Below are positions 1 to 9,829 of a stretch of DNA of 18,004 nt, piece after piece (position 1 is the stretch's first letter; each line of letters starts with the position of its first letter). This DNA comes from Geosiphon pyriformis uo1 (taxonomy: Eukaryota; Fungi; Glomeromycota): contig JAAOMT010000094.1 in the NCBI GenBank assembly GCA_016748015.1, positions 349,159 to 367,162 of the forward strand, read 5' to 3'. Under the pieces are notes generated by a model. That model ran no database searches. It was not told where the DNA came from and was given only the letters and a program-made list of their open reading frames with translations. The position numbers were made by a program, and so were the translations under genes.

Positions 1-793
1 CAAAATGTTCACGTACCCCATTCCGATCAACAAGTAAATAAAATTTACTATCTCAGTCCGCGTAAAGTACATTTATTTGGTATCCAAGATGAAGCAGTAC
101 GCGAACAAATCAATTACGTTCTTGATGAGAACGAAATAATAGGGAAAGGTCCTAATGGCACCCTGAGCATGGTATTCAATGGAATTAAGAGACTGAATAA
201 AGGCGAAAAACATCTAAAGATTACTTGTGATAATGCGGGTGGTCCGAATAAAATAATGCCACCATTTGATTTTACCTATATTTAGTAATTTGCGGTTATT
301 ACGATAGTATCGAATTAAATTTCATGGTAGTTCTGGATTGATTAAAAAGCTTTATCGAAAAACAACAGTAGATTGTGTGGATCATATTGTTGAAGTTGTG
401 AAAAAATCAAGTACAGGGGATTAAACAAAGTTCAGTGCTATGAAAACGGCAAAGGCTTTCAATACTTAGATCTTAATTCCGTGTTGGGAATTTTTTTAAG
501 AAATTGAGTGGTTTACAAAAGTATCAGCATTTTCTATTTGAAGCAGCTCAACCTGGAGTTGTCAAAGCCCGGTTGCTAATGGTACTTATACTGAATTTTA
601 TTTGTTAAAAACTAAAAAAGCAAGTGTCTCTAAAATTACTAAAGAAATTAAATCCTATTCAATTCCAGTACTAACCCCTCCTCCCTTGGATTACAAAAGG
701 CAGGAATATCTTTACCAAAACATTCGTGCATTTGTCAGAGATAAATTTAAAGACATTACTTGTCCAAAGCCAGTACAAAATGGTTTTGAATAA
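1..793 (+). pseudogene. Sola-like / DUF7869-type DDE transposase, C-terminal part, frameshifted (5' end outside window)
   Basis: Manual translation: QNVHVPHSDQQVNKIYYLSPRKVHLFGIQDE...GKGPNGTLSMVF...HLKITCDNAGGPNK(fs)NATI[TGA]FYLYLVICGYYDSIELNFMV..GLIKKLYRK...LQKYQHFLFEAAQPGVVKA(fs)VANG...LTPPPLDYKRQEYLYQNIRAFVRDKFKDITCPKP. The DNxxGxNKN motif and the C-terminal RQxYLYxxIRxFV...DITCP match this family. The usual PGHTK..D motif after NFMV is missing. Frameshifts near 250, 330 and 570. Confidence 0.65.
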
Positions 794-844
794 ATTGTAC
801 TAAATTATGACTAAGGATTTGTCATGGTTGTAAAATTTAATATT

Positions 845-1777
845 ATGGTAAAAAATTGCGTGGCTTGTATTAAACAATGCTTCCTTTATGAAAACGGTCA
901 GCTTAAAAGCCTTATTTCTGATCATGGAACAATGTTTGCCTCTGTTAATCCATGACCTAATTCCAAAGCTCATACAGTGATAGTTACCAAGAGGCATGTT
1001 GATGATTTAAGAAACTTAACTGCCCAAGAATGAGCAGATATTTTACCAGTCTTAAAAGAAAGTATAGCTAAGATTGAACAAGTTTACAATCCAGTAGGCT
1101 ATTAATTAAATATACCTGTTGGCAAATTAGCAGGCCAAAACATGCCACCACATTTTTATTTGCGATTAGTGCCCAAGTATGGTGTAATAGACAAAGGGAG
1201 CACAGGAATTAGAGAACATTACAAACCAGCTACTTTTGAACAAGTTAAAGAAATTAATAAAGCTTTTTCACCAAATAAGAATGGTATTATTGCTGAAAAG
1301 AGCAAAGTAATTGCTAAATTACATAATGATAAATTTCCTGGCTATGCAGTTATTCTTAAAGAATTAATGAAAAAATATGAAACTAAGATTAATTGCCATA
1401 ACTTTTTTATTGGTTGTAATTTAGGACAAGTAGGTAAACTTGTAGAGCAAGAAAAAGGAGAAGCACAGCAACAAGCTCGTAATTTATGTTTTACTTTCTT
1501 TCTTAAATACAAAATGAAAAGATGATGATTGCCAAATGAGGGCAGAGCTGTTCGGAATAACTAGCAAGTTGGTACTATGGAAAATGAACAAATAGCAGAA
1601 AAATTAAACAATCCCAAAGAATATAAAAAATTTGGGGAAAAACGAATAAAGACCAAGAACTAGTTCAGTTAAAAGAAGAATTAGCTGCGGTTAGACAACA
1701 AGCCAAGCAGACTGAAAAACAATTAACTAATACTGAGCAAAAAGTAATCTAAAACCAAGATAAAATTTCTCTTCTAT
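845..1777 (+). pseudogene. HIT-fold (histidine triad-like) protein, probably two tandem HIT-like domains plus a coiled-coil tail, encoded in genetic code 4 (TGA=Trp); Mollicutes/MRE-like
   Basis: ATG at 845 is in frame with the 1142-1525 ORF: MVKNCVAC...FASVNP[TGA953]PNSKAHTVIVTKRHVDDLRNLTAQE[TGA1031]ADILPVLKESIAKIEQVYNPVGY*LNIPVGKLAGQNMPPHFYLRLVPKY. CxxC, HxxxxxKRH, LTxxEW, AGQ and xxPKY are HIT-family hallmarks, but the HxHxH triad is degenerate (HFYLR). The ORF end at 1523 is TGA TGA (WW) and the frame continues. Lesions: TAA 1103, TAG ~1562, frameshift ~1645. Confidence 0.7.
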
Positions 1778-1979
1778 AATTAATTTCAGCAATTTTGACA
1801 ATAGCAAAAATAACAATGCTAGTATTCTAGATGTTGAAAAAAAAAATCACATCAAGTCAATATTAATTAATATTAAAACAGTATTATCTTAAACATTTGT
1901 TTTCTTTGGAATCATATCTTTTTTAATTAGTTTTATTCTTCGAGTTTTCGTTTCTTTTTTGGTTTATCATGTGTTAGTG

Positions 1980-2168
1980 TTAATGCTTGTTTATTTGATA
2001 AATTTCATAAGTGATTTTTTCTTTATTTAGATATTTCTGAAGAATTTTGGTGTCATTTATTTTAAAAACGTATGGAGCAATTTTTTCTCCTTGCTCTTTC
2101 TTTAAAATACTTCTAATAGTATTGTAATTTTTGAGTTCCATGGTAGATTTAATGTAAATTAGTTTCAT
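1980..2168 (-). CDS. Small hypothetical protein (62 aa from the ATG at 2168), possibly part of the bacterial-like segment
   Basis: Open frame MKLIYIKSTMELKNYNTIRSILKKEQGEKIAPYVFKINDTKILQKYLNKEKITYEIYQINKH. K/I/N-rich, no recognisable motif. Confidence 0.3.
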   Translation of the reverse strand: MKLIYIKSTMELKNYNTIRSILKKEQGEKIAPYVFKINDTKILQKYLNKEKITYEIYQINKH

Positions 2169-2401
2169 ATTTATATTTTTATATAGAGATAATCCTATAT
2201 TAATCATGTTATGATTTATATTTATCACAATTTAGTATGATAAAGGAAACACTAAAATTAACAAGTCCATAAGTTATGAATGAGCACCATTATTACAACG
2301 TCATTAGTCACACTGGTTAATTTTACAGCTACATCAAATCAACCTCTCATTTATGTGACATAATTGAATGTTCACTTTGTTTGATTTTGTTGCAGCATGC
2401 T

Positions 2402-2475
2402 CTATTTAATACAAAATAACAATAAAATACTTTAAATTAAATGTGATTTACACGTTTTTTATATGTAATTAAACA
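2402..2475 (-). repeat. Eroded LINE 3'-UTR remnant (copy 3)
   Basis: 2437 ttaaatgtgatttacacgttttttatatgtaattaaac aligns without gaps to the LINE 3' UTR at 3740 ctaaatacaattcacatattttctacatgtggctagcc; differences are almost all transitions. Confidence 0.6.
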
Positions 2476-2888
2476 CGATACTATTATTATTAAACTTAAT
2501 ATTTTTTTTTAATAACAAAAATTAATTTTTTATTTTTATGTTAAATAATATTTTTTAAATACTGTTATTAAAATTAATTTTTTATCATATTTAAAATCTT
2601 GTATTTTATATTTAATTTTACTATTTGTATTTTGTAATATTTTACTTGACATATATTTATAATAATATTAAAAATATAAATAAATTTTTATTTTATAATA
2701 TTATTAAAATTACAAAATAAAAAACACTTTTTTTTTATTAATTTTTAAATCATAAAAAAAGCAAAAAAATATCTTACCACTTTTTTTTTATTTAGTTTTT
2801 TTTAAGCTATTTTTTTGATATATTTTTGTTTATAAAGTTATATATAATAAATACTTTATTATAAATATAATCAAAAAATAAAAAAAAA

Positions 2889-3664
2889 TTTTTATATTAT
2901 ATTTTAACAAAATATAATTCAATTATTATTTAATACAATATAATCAAGATTAAACCTAAATTAAATATGATATACATATTTTTTACATGTAATTAATTAT
3001 TTAAATTAATTAAAACACAAATTAAACTAAATTAAAAAAACCAGAAATAAATTTAATTTTTCAAGTTTTTTTATAAAACTATTTAAATTTTAATTATTAA
3101 AAACAAATTTACTTAAAAAAAATTAGATTTTTCAATACTATATCTAATATTAAATATTTAATGATTATTTTATTTAAAAAAATGCTTTAACAATATTTAA
3201 TTTATTTTTATTTATGTTAATAAATTTTATTTTAGCTTTAAAATTAATAAAATTCTTAAATAAACCAAACCAAAAAATCAACAAAACTTTTAATAATATA
3301 TTTTATAGTAATTAAATCTATTTTTATTAATCAAAAAAAAATAATTAAAGTAATTAAAAAACCAATTAATTTAATAATAGACTTAATTAATACAGCCAAA
3401 TTAAAAATTTAAGTTTTTAAAGAATTTAATTTAAAATTAAACACAAAATTAATAGCAAAAACAACCAAAAATACAATAATAAAAAAAACCAAAAAGACAA
3501 AAGCTTTAATATAAGATTTTATATCAATAAAAAATAAATTAAAAGTCTTAAAACTTAAAAAAAACTTAAAAAAAGATAAAAATATTTTATAATTTATAAT
3601 TAAATAATTTTAATCTTAATATTTATAATAATAACAATATTTAAAAGTATTTTACTAAATATAA
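2889..3664 (-). mobile_element. Hypermutated LINE remnant (3' UTR clear at 2889-3025; remainder very AT-rich, probably LINE-derived)
   Basis: 2916 aattcaattattatttaataca matches 3695 agcccaactactatctagtaca, and 2961 ttaaatatgatatacatattttttacatgtaattaatt matches 3740 ctaaatacaattcacatattttctacatgtggctagcc, mostly through C>T/G>A changes. T-rich tail near 2889. Same strand bias as the intact LINE. Extent beyond ~3050 is uncertain. Confidence 0.55.
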
Positions 3665-6576
3665 TTTTTTTTTAATTGCAATTTAATGAGTAAAGCCCAA
3701 CTACTATCTAGTACATAGAACCAAACTAAGTGGCTTGAACTAAATACAATTCACATATTTTCTACATGTGGCTAGCCATTCAAGCTAAACAAGACTACAT
3801 TATATACCTATCCTAACACACAGATTACCATTTAAACCAGAAAAAAACCAAAACAGCTTGTGACAGCCAAAATTAACAGCAAAGAAATCTGCAATACCAA
3901 GAAGCCTGATCACAACATCTGACAATATAGACAACACACAATGTGACAAACTCATCACCAAACTATCATCACCAACCAAACCAGCTCTTTCTATGTCTGC
4001 CCTAAATTTTGACTGAGCCAGCCAGGCCTTAGACCAATACAACTCCGCCAAATGCCTCACAAAATTAACAACTACACCAGAAGTACTCTTAGCATCATTG
4101 AAGATGGTAACAGCCTCCATACACCAATCTTTCAGCACAAACTCCTTATACACAACAGAATACAAGCTAACATCAGAAAAACAAAGACTGAGAGTCTTTA
4201 AAACAGAAGAAAAAGACGAATCATAAACACCAGCCAAAGAAACCTAATGAGCAAAAGCCCCCAACAAAATCTCTTCCCAAATATAAGTGTCCTGTGAACA
4301 AATAAAAACATGGTCTGGTAGCTTTACCTCACCACACAGCAAACATCAAACACCAAAATAATACTTATCATACAGTCTTTTTCTGATTACCACTGGCAGC
4401 CTCCTGTGTAAAGCTTTCAACATATATATACAAAAACTTGCTGATTTCCGGCTAGTAAACCCAGCAAGCATATGCAAATCTGAATGCCAAACCTTTGCAG
4501 AAGCAACCCAATCAATATCCTGCAGTGGGACAACTGAAACCATATCTTGACCTGGGCCAGCCTTCCAATGAACACAACAAATAGATCTAAAGATATCTCT
4601 GACAAAGTAACGAGCATTGTCTAAAATTGCAGTATTCTCAGCCACCAAAAACCATTCACATATTTCAGCTGGCAGAAAAAAGAGAGAGCCAGCAGCCTCA
4701 TCAGCAAATGCATCAGACTTATTATTACCAAGGATCCCAGAATGACTCTTGATCTTAACCCAACTTACAGTAAGATTCTTATCCCTAATTAAAGTAGCAA
4801 CATATCTCCTCTTGATCCAACAATGATTGTGAAAATCAGAAACAGTAAGTCCTATCTCAGACACACATGCATCAATAGCAGCTTGGCTGTTAAGATATAA
4901 AACTACTGAGCAGAAGGAAAGAATGCATTCTAAAGCTAAAGCAACAGCCTGTAATTCAGACAAAGTCGAAAACAAAAGTCCATAAACATCAACACCAATG
5001 CCCATATCTAAAGCAGAAAAATAAACAGCTGTTTCGCTAATTACATCAGAAGAGCCAACAAATTTTAATGAACCATCAGTATAAATGTCAAATGAGTCAG
5101 ACCATATTCCAAGCAGATTACCATGCACAATATCAAATTGTTCAAAATTCAAAATCTTAAAGCCCAAAAAACTACCAGTCCTAAGAACAACAGTTGGTGT
5201 TGAACCTTTGTTCAACAAAAATCTTGATGTAACTTCAAACCAATGAGGCAGAGGGCTCCTAGAATCAAGCCTTTTCCAATGACAAAAAGTCTTCCAATCC
5301 ATCACATTACCCTTTTTGTTAAGGAGTCAGTCACCAAAAACTACCCCAAAATGCTTTAAAGAATGAACACAACTAAAAAATAAAGGCTTTTCCAAAATCT
5401 CAGACATGAAAAAATTACCAGGGCTCCTAAAAGCATAGGGTAAATTGTTTGTCAAAAACAACCCACAACTCAAGAAAATTCTGACCATGCCAGCTAGAAA
5501 ATTGTCCACTGGACTAACAAGCAATTTAACTGAAAACTGCAGAGGATTCAAGGAGACCCACCCAAGAACCTGCAAATCCAAGAAACAATAAACAAATAAC
5601 TGCCCAAAAATGCCCAGAGCATTTGAAAAAAAAACTACTACAGCCAATTTACTCTCAGCTTGCACTTGCTTAAAAGACTTCAAACCATACAGAGAAGAAT
5701 AATGTAGAGCCTCATTTGAAAAGTCATGAGGCAAGCATGCTTTAAACCTGAGACCCTTCCTAACCAAAACATCTCACTTGTAACACACACTAGACAAAAC
5801 AAAACTAAACTGCATCCTGTAACAAACAATAGGTTACAAGACAGCTAATATTAAATAAAAAAACTGTTTATTCATGATAGCCTTCCTGAGCACAACATTG
5901 CAAAAAAAACAAATGTCTGAGTGAGCCTTAGTCAAACTAGGTTTGGACAGCCCTTCAGTTAACAAAAAAATCCCCAGATATCTGTGAGTCTTACTCTTCT
6001 TGGCAATAGAAATTGGCTGACCACTAATATTCAAGAAGGCAGCCCAAACATTTTGATTAATCGGAATGGCCACCGTCTTTTCATTGTTGATGGAAATATC
6101 ATTTATCAAAAAAAACTCACTGACAATATTCAAAGTATATTGCATCAAAGTTTGGCAATCCTCCACTCAAATAGTATCATCCACAAAAGCACCAACTGCA
6201 AAAAATAAGAACATTCTACCACTATTTTCAATTCTGCCAGACCTTGCCACAAACTTAGTATTAATCTAGTAACCACACAAATGTTCATGCCTCTTAACCT
6301 CACACAAGAAAGAATCATAAAAGATTCTCCAAAGAAGGGGAGAAAAAACCTCACCCTGATCCAAACCATCATGTACACTATAGCCCTTTGAGAGACCAAA
6401 ATCAGTTATAATTCTGTTGATTCTATTACCATATATGCTACCAAAAAAACTAATAAACCAATTATACATCTTGATATGCTTTAGACTAGCCTCCAATTGC
6501 AGCCACCCAATCAAATCATACACCTTATACATGTTCTATAAGACCAGCCAAAATTCCTGATTCTTTTTTAATGTGT
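3665..6576 (-). mobile_element. Non-LTR retrotransposon (LINE) with RT + RNase H + C-terminal Cys/His motif; 3' part, degenerate
   Basis: ORF fragments 3800-4237, 4346-5305, 5327-5767, 5834-6166 and 6266-6532 all share one frame. RT motifs: NMYKVYD (DxxKAYD-type), GLDQGEVFSPLLW, AFVDDT (~6175-6190), RYLG. RNase H: YTDGS...SELQAV...LNSQ...VKIKSHSGILGNNKSD. Zn motif CLLCGEVKLPDHVFIC (~4295-4345). 3' UTR ends ATTAAA-TTGCAATT-A9 (T9 at 3665-3673 on the + strand). Confidence 0.9.
4690..5090 (-). pseudogene. RNase H domain of LINE ORF2
   Basis: IYTDGSL...SELQAVALAL...VLYLNSQAAI...WVKIKSHSGILGNNKSDAFA: D-E-(D>N)-H-D RNase HI signature within ORF 4346-5305. Confidence 0.85.
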
Positions 6577-7548
6577 TATTACCAGAAGTTTTTGGTCTCT
6601 TCTTAGCTCTTGTATGTTTGTTGTAATGCTGTTAATTTATAACTATAAGAAGTGTTTGAACCTCCAATAACTGAATTTTATCTTCAAATTATCTCTTATA
6701 ATTTAAACTGCTGGGCTTATAAGTGAAATGGCCAATTCTATGCCAGTTACTTGTGTAGTTATATTGTAGTAAATGTTAACTCTTTCCCAAAAATTGCTCA
6801 TCTAGAAGCTCACTAAAAATGTGTAGTTACTTTGCTGTAAAAGTCAACTCTTCTACAAAAATCTCATCTGTAGGCTACCCTGATAATTGTAATAAGAAAA
6901 AAATAAAAAAATAAAAGAAGTGTAAAAAGAAAAAAAAAATGTTTTATGGAAGTTGTTTTGGATCCAGGCCTGGAAGTGCTTTAACAGTCTACTGAAATTG
7001 GTAGCTAATCAATTTCAAACTGTTAATAGGAATTGGTTAATTTCAAGAGAAATAATTAAGAATTTGGCTTTTCAAATTTATTTGATATTTATTTTGTTTT
7101 TGTGTATAAAGGATGATTCTAATTGTTAAATCTAAAGTAAGATATATTTTCTTGAAGAGAGAAGCTTTTCTTTTATACAACTTGTCATAATACTATTCTA
7201 TGAACTTAAACTTTGCTTTTTTCTATAATTTCATTGAACTAAAGATATATTTCAGTAAACTACAAGTTATTTCTGCAAACTATTAAATATTTTGGTAAAC
7301 TATCAATTATTTCGGCAAATTTCTACAAATTTTGGCAAACTCTTGAATGTTATATAGTTTGGAATATTGCATAATTGATTGTCGCAATTAGGTTACATTT
7401 GTGTTATGTACAAATTAGATTATTAATTAAATGATAATTTCAGGTATTTTGCTAAATGTAATAAGTAATAATTTGAAATGCTAATTAATGATAAGAATTA
7501 TAAAAGTAATTTCATGTTAAGCAATATTTCTAATTTCATTTAGTAACA
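6577..7548 (-). repeat. 3' LTR (972 bp)
   Basis: Direct repeat of 15477-16450. Sense termini TGTTAC...GTAATA. Confidence 0.95.
7248..7342. repeat. 5 x 20-bp imperfect tandem array in LTR U3 (second copy at ~16150-16244)
   Basis: Units at 7248, 7268, 7288, 7308, 7328: tatttcagtaaactacaagt / tatttctgcaaactattaaa / tattttggtaaactatcaat / tatttcggcaaatttctaca / aattttggcaaactc. Confidence 0.85.
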
Positions 7549-8194
7549 TAACCTCTTCCTCAAGACTGAACTCCGTCAAAATCCAAGTACTGTCTGTAAT
7601 TTCCAGATAGTAATCCAAGATTATTGAAGAAATTTGGTCTGAAAATTTTTGAAATTTCAGTTTTGTGAGCTTTCCAATGTATTGAATCTTCAAAGGTTGT
7701 AAAATTGGGTTTTGTAAGACGTTTTCACAGGTGTGAAATAGGTCATAAAGTCTAAAAGCAGCTCTTAGTTTATAGTGGCTGTTTGTAGATCCAGCTGTTG
7801 TCTTAAATTCATTGTAGAGTTGTTTCTGAATAGCTTCTTTTGTGAGATTTGCTGCTCTAAGCTCCAGTTTTTGTTTGTAAAGTATTTTTCTAATGTAGAA
7901 ATATCTATATATTGGGGTGTATTTGCTGTTTTTTTCATTAAAACACAGTTGAAGTTTTTGTTGAATAGTAGCATTTGGTGGAATATTAATAGGGGTGAGC
8001 AATAAGTTTCTTCTTAAAGCAAGCTTTAAAAGTTCTGATAGGTAAATTCCAGAATAACTTCTTGTGTTCTTTTTATAAGGGTGATACTTCTGTGAATTTG
8101 GGATTAGATTTGTGACTATTTTTGTTTGAGTATAATTAATATGTTTTCCAGTGATAGTAATGGATAACTCGGGCATTGTTTTTAAAGCTAACAT
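7517..8194 (-). CDS. Additional 3' ORF of the Gypsy element (225 aa, unknown function, not env-like)
   Basis: Uninterrupted ORF downstream of pol in a different frame. Overlaps the PPT and 32 bp of the 3' LTR. Basic and helical-looking with an acidic tail; no evident signal peptide or TM segment. Confidence 0.7.
   Translation of the reverse strand: MLALKTMPELSITITGKHINYTQTKIVTNLIPNSQKYHPYKKNTRSYSGIYLSELLKLALRRNLLLTPINIPPNATIQQKLQLCFNEKNSKYTPIYRYFYIRKILYKQKLELRAANLTKEAIQKQLYNEFKTTAGSTNSHYKLRAAFRLYDLFHTCENVLQNPILQPLKIQYIGKLTKLKFQKFSDQISSIILDYYLEITDSTWILTEFSLEEEVMLLNEIRNIA
7549..7563 (-). promoter_or_regulatory. Polypurine tract (PPT)
   Basis: Sense GAGGAAGAGG-TTA immediately precedes TGTTAC of the 3' LTR. 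Confidence 0.85.
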
Positions 8195-8499
8195 TAATTT
8201 TTGAGATAACTATTGAATATTTTGAGGAATAGTTATTATAATGAAATTAAAATAAATAAAATTGAAATTATTTTTGGTATGTGGGTTTTTATGTTATTTT
8301 TTTTTTCAGCATGCTTTGTTTTGTTTTTGTTGTAACATTTTTCTAAATTATAAAGGAATAACTATAGTAAAATTGAAATTAAGTGTTCAAGTTGGGGGGT
8401 TGTTTAATGACAACTATTGGTTCTAAGTTTCAAGAAATATCTTCGGGATTGATTAAAAGAGAATGTGTACCAATTTGTGGAATTAATGGTTTAGGATTG

Positions 8500-9620
8500 T
8501 TTCTGAAATTATAGTGTTTCAAACAATCTCCATGTGCAACTTTTGCTAGGATTTTGTTATCAAGTTTTAGCTTGTATGATCTGTTGCCTAGAACTTTATG
8601 GATAAAAAATGGCCCATCCCATTTATTTTCAAATTTTCCACTCCATTGTTTTTCAGCTTTAGTTCTGTGTAAGAGAACTTTGTTTCCAACTTTAAATTCA
8701 TTGGTGACTAGAGGCAATTTGTTGTTATGCTGTTCTTTTTGTTGAGCTTGAGAGTGTTCAATATGGGTGGCTGCTATTCGTTGTTTTCCTTTCAACATAC
8801 TAAGCAAAGTATAGGCTCTTCATTGAAGTGTTTCCTGGAAATTGTTTTTATTGATTGGTTGTGCTGGGTATGTTTCCACTGTAAAACTAATTGGTAACAT
8901 TGCTGTCCTTCCATAAGTTAAATCAAATAATGTGTGTTTTGTGGTATCTTGTTTTAGTGTTTTGTATGCTAGTAACACTAACAGAATAAAGATATTCCAT
9001 TCTTATTCAAAATCAGTTGAGACTTTGGCTAATGACTCACACAATGTTTTGTTAAAACGTTTCACAAGTCTGTTTGTCTGTGGATGATAGGACAAAGACA
9101 GAGGTCTTTTGACATTAAATTGTTCACAGATTTTTTGAATTAGATTGTTCACAAAATGTGTTCCTTGATCGGATAAAAGTTTGATTGGACATCTATGTCT
9201 ACAGATAATGTCTTCATAGATGAAATTTGCTACTAATTTTGCATCTGCTTATTGAATGGCTCTGGCTTTGGGCTATTTAGTGAGATAGTCTATGGCTACT
9301 GCAATATAATAGTTTTCTTGATTTGTGATAAGTAGTGGTTTGACTAAATTGATACCAACTCGGTCAAAAGACTGTCCAACTTTAATTGAGTTTAAAGGTT
9401 TTGTAGGGCGAGTTTCTTCTCTTTTTTGACAACTATCACAAGATTTAACATATTCATGAATGTCTTTTCTCATTCAAGGCCAAAAGTAATATTCTAGTGT
9501 TCTTTGGGTGGTGCTGTCTTTTCCTAAATGTGCTGATGAAGAATCTGAGTGCATGTTGTATAAAATGATTTCTTTTTCATGTTCTTGTATTAATTTGAGT
9601 GGACTGTCTGGGTTTTTGAA
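8500..9620 (-). pseudogene. Integrase (HHCC zinc finger, DDE core, GPF module; no chromodomain seen)
   Basis: H-SDSSSA-HLG...YF*P*MRKDIHEYVKSCDSCQ; SDQGTHF; YHPQTN; FKVGNKVL...WDGPFFIHKVLGNRSYKL. Confidence 0.9.
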
Positions 9621-9829
9621 GTTTCAATAATAAAAAATGTTGTTGTGTAAGAAGTATTGTTTGGCTTGTCATTGTAACTGATGTTTTTCATTTGGGGACC
9701 AATCTGTTGGGATTGTTAATGTCTTCAGATATTGTTTAAGATTGTTGTAGTTTTTGGGATTCATTGTTTGTTGTTTGTTGCTGTTAATTCAAATGGGTGT
9801 TGGTTCTGTTTTCTAATCTTGCCTCATTC

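Noticed and set aside
807-825. Small hairpin atgactaaggatttgtcat between the transposase and HIT genes as a terminator
   Set aside because: Weak stem, no U-tract, and not present in the equivalent spacer of the second copy.
800-997. Minus-strand 65-aa ORF
   Set aside because: Antisense shadow of the code-4 HIT gene on the + strand.
2400-3664. AT-rich tract as a centromere, replication origin or organellar insert
   Set aside because: At least part aligns to eroded LINE 3' ends; no tRNA, rRNA or organelle genes are seen.
3645-3664. LINE target-site duplication
   Set aside because: Sequence left of the T9 tail does not match the sequence right of the 5' junction at 16906.
7248-7342. Regularly spaced repeats as a CRISPR-like array
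   Set aside because: The period is only 20 bp with no unique ~30-bp spacers, the array lies in an LTR and is duplicated with it, and no cas genes are present.
7517-8194. env gene
   Set aside because: No signal peptide, TM helix, furin site or Cys-rich ectodomain pattern, and too short.
8379-8560. Chromodomain at the integrase C-terminus
   Set aside because: After the GPF module the sequence is short and Pro/Ile-rich, with no aromatic-cage or WxGY-like motif.
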